Assembly (NCBI GenBank): GCA_002269645.1
Contig: NIVC01004402.1
Coordinates: forward strand, 1-47,034
Origin: Macrostomum lignano
Lineage: Eukaryota
DNA length: 47,034 nucleotides
Direction of reading: 5' to 3'
Notes under the pieces: generated by a model
Seen by the model: only the letters and a program-made list of their open reading frames with translations
Database searches by the model: none
What the model was told of the DNA's origin: nothing
Shown: piece after piece, positions 43,743 to 47,034 of the stretch
Numbering within the stretch: the stretch's first letter is position 1
How the letters are laid out: each line of letters opens with the position of its first letter
Translations under genes and position numbers: made by a program

Positions 43743-43750
43743 CTTATATA
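43743..43750 (-). promoter_or_regulatory. TATA box TATATAAG of the PC4-like gene
   Basis: 105 nt before ATG 43638, mirroring the left-end ORF1 promoter. Confidence 0.6.
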
Positions 43751-43998
43751 CCCTCGACCGAACCACCCCAAACCACCCATCCCACTCCGGGCTCTGTGAT
43801 TGGCTCTTTCGCAAACATTATTTCCAATTACATAGATTAACATTCATTCAGCTAAGCTAACCCACTCCATCCTATCTCTGCAGTGTTAACCACCCCCAAT
43901 GCAAAGAGATAGGCCGCCTCTCCTCCTATCTCTGCAGTGTTAACCATCTCCAGTGTAAAGAGATAGGCCGCCTCTCCTCCTATCACTCCAGTGTTAAG

Positions 43999-44244
43999 CA
44001 GAGATAGAGCTCATATCTCTGCAGTGCTTAGCCGTCCCCAATGCACAGAGATAGAGCTCATATCTCTGCAGTGCTTAGCCGTCCCCAATGCACAGAGATA
44101 GAGCTCATATCTCTGCAGTGCTTGGCCGTCCCCAATGCACAGAGATAGGGCTCATATCTCCGCAGTGTATTTTTCCCTGTACATTTGCATTGCCGCCTAT
44201 CTCGCCAGTGCTAGTGCGGCAGTATCATAATTCGCCCTACTACT
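43999..44244 (-). repeat. Right TIR including ~3.5 copies of the 47-bp unit
   Basis: Reverse complement of the left terminus. Seven C/T differences were seen in the first ~140 bp. Confidence 0.95.
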
Positions 44245-44339
44245 GTAGGCGAAAGTAGCTTGTTGTTGTTGTTGATGTCTCTCTCTTGCACGCAAATGTG
44301 CTGAGCTGGTTAATGAACCTACATATGAAGCTACATGTA

Positions 44340-44630
44340 GTGAGAAGATCCTCAAAGTCTCAGGGCGGTTGAACAAAACGATGTTAGTCCCTGAACAGCG
44401 AGTGAGGAGGATTTGGGTTCTGCTTGACATGAAGAAGCCTCTGGTTAGGTACTTTGTATTGAGAGAGCTCCATCAAGCCAGAGCAGAGACAAAACTTTTG
44501 TCAGCCTAGTGGAACAATCTTGAAGGCGAAACCGACATGCTGGAGTTGATACAACTAGTGTTTTTTGGATCTTTGAGCCAGAGAGCAAGAAGTCGCGAGC
44601 CTGTTATATTTTTACCGTAACGAGCTAGAA
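44340..44630 (+). pseudogene. Possible degenerate BEL/Pao LTR-retrotransposon pol fragment
   Basis: ILKVSGRLNKTML...PLVRYFVLRELH...FWI...C loosely resembles the pre-integrase LRVGGRL...HLTKLIIRHYH...FWI...C region. Contains stops and frameshifts. Confidence 0.3.
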
Positions 44631-45234
44631 ACTGACGTCAATTCAAACTCGCGCTGAGATCGTAACGTACTCTAGACCAAGAACCACTGAAGAAACGATA
44701 CTTACGTCCTTAGCTCAAACATGAAAAAATACACTTGACCAAGTAGGTGTGGTAAATTTGTTTATTGCACTTTGCAAACAGGACAAGCCTGGGCTAGTCA
44801 TGTGAAGAAAAAACACAACTGAATGTCGAGAACAAGGACCAAAATGGAGCGGAGTCAGGCAGGGGAGACGGAGACAAAAGGCACTCAGGCAACCAGCCGT
44901 ACGGGCAGGGGATGTGGAGCTGCAGCTCAGACCTGAGGGTTAAGAGAAGGCTGCTCATGCCTATAATGGCCATGCCAGTAGTCTCGCTGAGCATAGGTCG
45001 TAATAATTCTAGTAGCAACTACGAGCCAAGTTTTCCGGATTCAAATAAAAGCAGGCCCCAAAAATCTCCAGTCTTAGGGCCCATAGAAAACATCTGACAG
45101 GTTTGAGGCAGAGATCGGCAAACTCCGGCCCGCGGGCCCTACGCGGCCATCGAAACCTCTCTATCCGGCCCTCGGGTCCTTTGAAACTTCGCAATGGCAA
45201 TCCGGCCCGCTCAAGGTTTGTGTCTCTGCTCAGC

Positions 45235-46240
45235 TCTTTCTCTTCTCTCTCTTCTCTCTCCTCTATCCCCTCTCCCTTCTCTTCTCTCTCCTCTCTCTTA
45301 TTCTCTCTCCCCTCTCCCTTCTCTTATTCTCTCTCCTCTCTCTTATTCTCTCTCCTCTCTCCCTTCTCTTCTTCTCTCTCCTCTCTCTTATTCTCTCTCC
45401 TCTCTCCCTTCTCTTATTCTCTCTCCTCTCTCTTATTCTCTCTCCTCTCTCTTATTCTCTCTCCCTTCTCTTATTCTCTCTCCTCCCTTTTATTCTCTCT
45501 CCTCTCTCTAATTCTCTCTCCCTTCTCTTATTCTCTCTCCTCCCTTTTATTCTCTCTCCTCTCTCTTATTCTCTCTCCTCCCTTTTATTCTCTCTCCTCT
45601 CTCTTATTCTTTCTCCTCCCTTTTATTCTCTCTCCTCTCTCCCTTCTATTCTTCTCTCTCCTCTCTCTTCTTCTCTCTTCTCTCTCTTCTTCTCTCTCCT
45701 CTCTCTTCTTCTCTCTCCTCTCTCTTATTCTCTCTCCTCTATCTTATTCTCTCTCCTCCCTTTTATTCTCTCTCCTCTCTCCCTTCTCTTCTTCTCTCTC
45801 CTCTCTCTTCTTCTCTCTCCTCTCTCTTCTCTCTCTCTCTCTCTCTCTCTTCTTCTCTCTCCTCTCTCTTCTTCTCTCTCCTCTCTCTTCTTCTCTCTCT
45901 CTCTCTTCTTCTCTCTCTCTCTCTTCTCTCTCTCCTCTCTCTTATTCTCTCTCCTCCTTTTATTCTCTCTTCTCTCTCTTCTTCTCTCTCCTCCCTCTTC
46001 TTCTCTCCCCTCTCCCTTCTCTTCTTCCCCCTCTCCCATCTCCACTCTCTTCTTCTCTCCACTCTCTTCTTCCCCCATTCTGCCCTCTCCCCTCTCTTCT
46101 TCTCTCCCCTCTCTCCCCTTTCCTCTCACCCCTCTCTTCTTCTCTCCCCTCTCTCCCCTTTCCTCTCACCCCTCTCTTCTTCTCTCCCCTCTCTCCCCTT
46201 TCCTCTCACCCTTCTCTTCTTCTCCCCCCTCTCTCCCCTC
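45235..46240 (+). repeat. Polypyrimidine (CT/CTT) low-complexity tract
   Basis: Almost pure C/T sequence. The overlapping SL-rich and ER-rich ORFs are artefacts. Confidence 0.95.
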
Positions 46241-46632
46241 ATGCAAATACACAATGCGAACAATTTACTATGACCTTCATTATATTTAAGTTGTATATTA
46301 CATCGGGTTAGAAATAAAAATAGATTCATGCGGCCATTTTTGAACTTAACGAAAGTCGTTGATGTTAACCTACAAAAAGTGCATTTCTCGCCTCTTTCGC
46401 AGTCTCATCCTTTTCCCGAGGAACAACAACTTCTATGGTAATTTATCGGTTGTAGGAGGACTGAGAACCATTTCTCAGTCCCCAAACGAGGCCTGAGAAA
46501 TAGTTCTCAGTCCTGCTATAAACAGTTGTATTTAACAAATGTAAACCAACAACAGGAAGTTCAAATAGTAAGATTTAGAAGCGTCTTGTAAGCACTCACT
46601 CAAAAACGATTTCAACGGTGTTGGTGTTACCA

Positions 46633-46815
46633 TTAAATGCAGCATCCAATGCCATTCTTGCATCCCTGCGTATTTGGTGGGATAGCAGCGTCCAGCTTCC
46701 CTTGTTTTTCGTCAGTCGAGAGCGTAGCGAATCGATCACTACCAGCAGCAGGATTCGTTGCAGCGGATTCTTTACTTTCAAAATATCGTAGCACTAGATC
46801 TAAGTCGTCTTCCAT
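46633..46815 (-). pseudogene. Possible Crypton-type (tyrosine recombinase/DUF3504-associated) N-terminal remnant
   Basis: DRFATLSTDEKQGKLDAAIPPNT resembles the recalled RF..LS.EE...L....P.NT N-terminal motif. The frame closes immediately afterwards. Confidence 0.3.
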
Positions 46816-47034
46816 GGTTCTATTATATATGCAAATGGATGGACTGCTCAGTGCTCCATCTAGGTAGACGATTTATAACACTTTAGCCAGTCAGTCACAT
46901 AGCTTGTGCCATAGACTAACTGTACTGGATATTGATGCGTATTTTGCTTTCAGTAGGTTAATATTTTCTCCTCCTTTTTCCAAATATGTCTATGGAAAAG
47001 AAAGTCCTCGATGATATTCTCAAGGCATCGGCTT

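Larger units (their letters stand above)
27708..44244. mobile_element. Polinton/Maverick (endogenous polintovirus-like element), 16,537 bp, full-length
   Basis: Termini 5'-AGTAGTAGGGCG...CGCCCTACTACT-3' with ~246-bp TIRs. Carries pPolB, A32-like ATPase, adenain-like protease, MCP, penton and retroviral-type integrase. Confidence 0.97.

Noticed and set aside
44640-45230. Short ORFs right of the Polinton
   Set aside because: No recognisable motifs, splice support or coding bias.

Overview
Eukaryotic (animal) genomic DNA. The GC-rich exons and minisatellite-packed introns suggest a Macrostomum-like flatworm, which is inference only. 1-27.2 kb holds three host genes. (i) A secreted C-type lectin + PAN-like gene (+). 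(ii) An ankyrin-repeat DHHC palmitoyltransferase (ZDHHC17/13 or Patsas-like, -) with two apparently mutually exclusive TM3-TM4 exons. (iii) A 12-exon L1-CAM/neuroglian-type 6xIg-5xFN3-TM gene (-). Almost every intron carries its own minisatellite. 27708-44244 is a 16.5-kb Polinton/Maverick with AGTAGT...ACTACT termini and TIRs. It has all core genes: pPolB (apparently spliced), packaging ATPase, adenain-like protease, major and minor capsid, integrase-chromodomain and basic core proteins. Its unusual cargo is a TATA-binding-protein (TBP) homologue, hidden by a 1-bp frameshift, and a double-PC4 protein. It also shows two recurring upstream motifs, TATATAAG and (A/G)CTTAAG. Together these suggest an element-encoded Pol II transcription module. 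Many ORFs are broken by single-base losses in homopolymers, which look like assembly errors, so the element may be essentially intact. 44.2-47 kb holds degenerate TE remnants and a CT tract. All alignments, counts and splice models were done by eye, with no database search.
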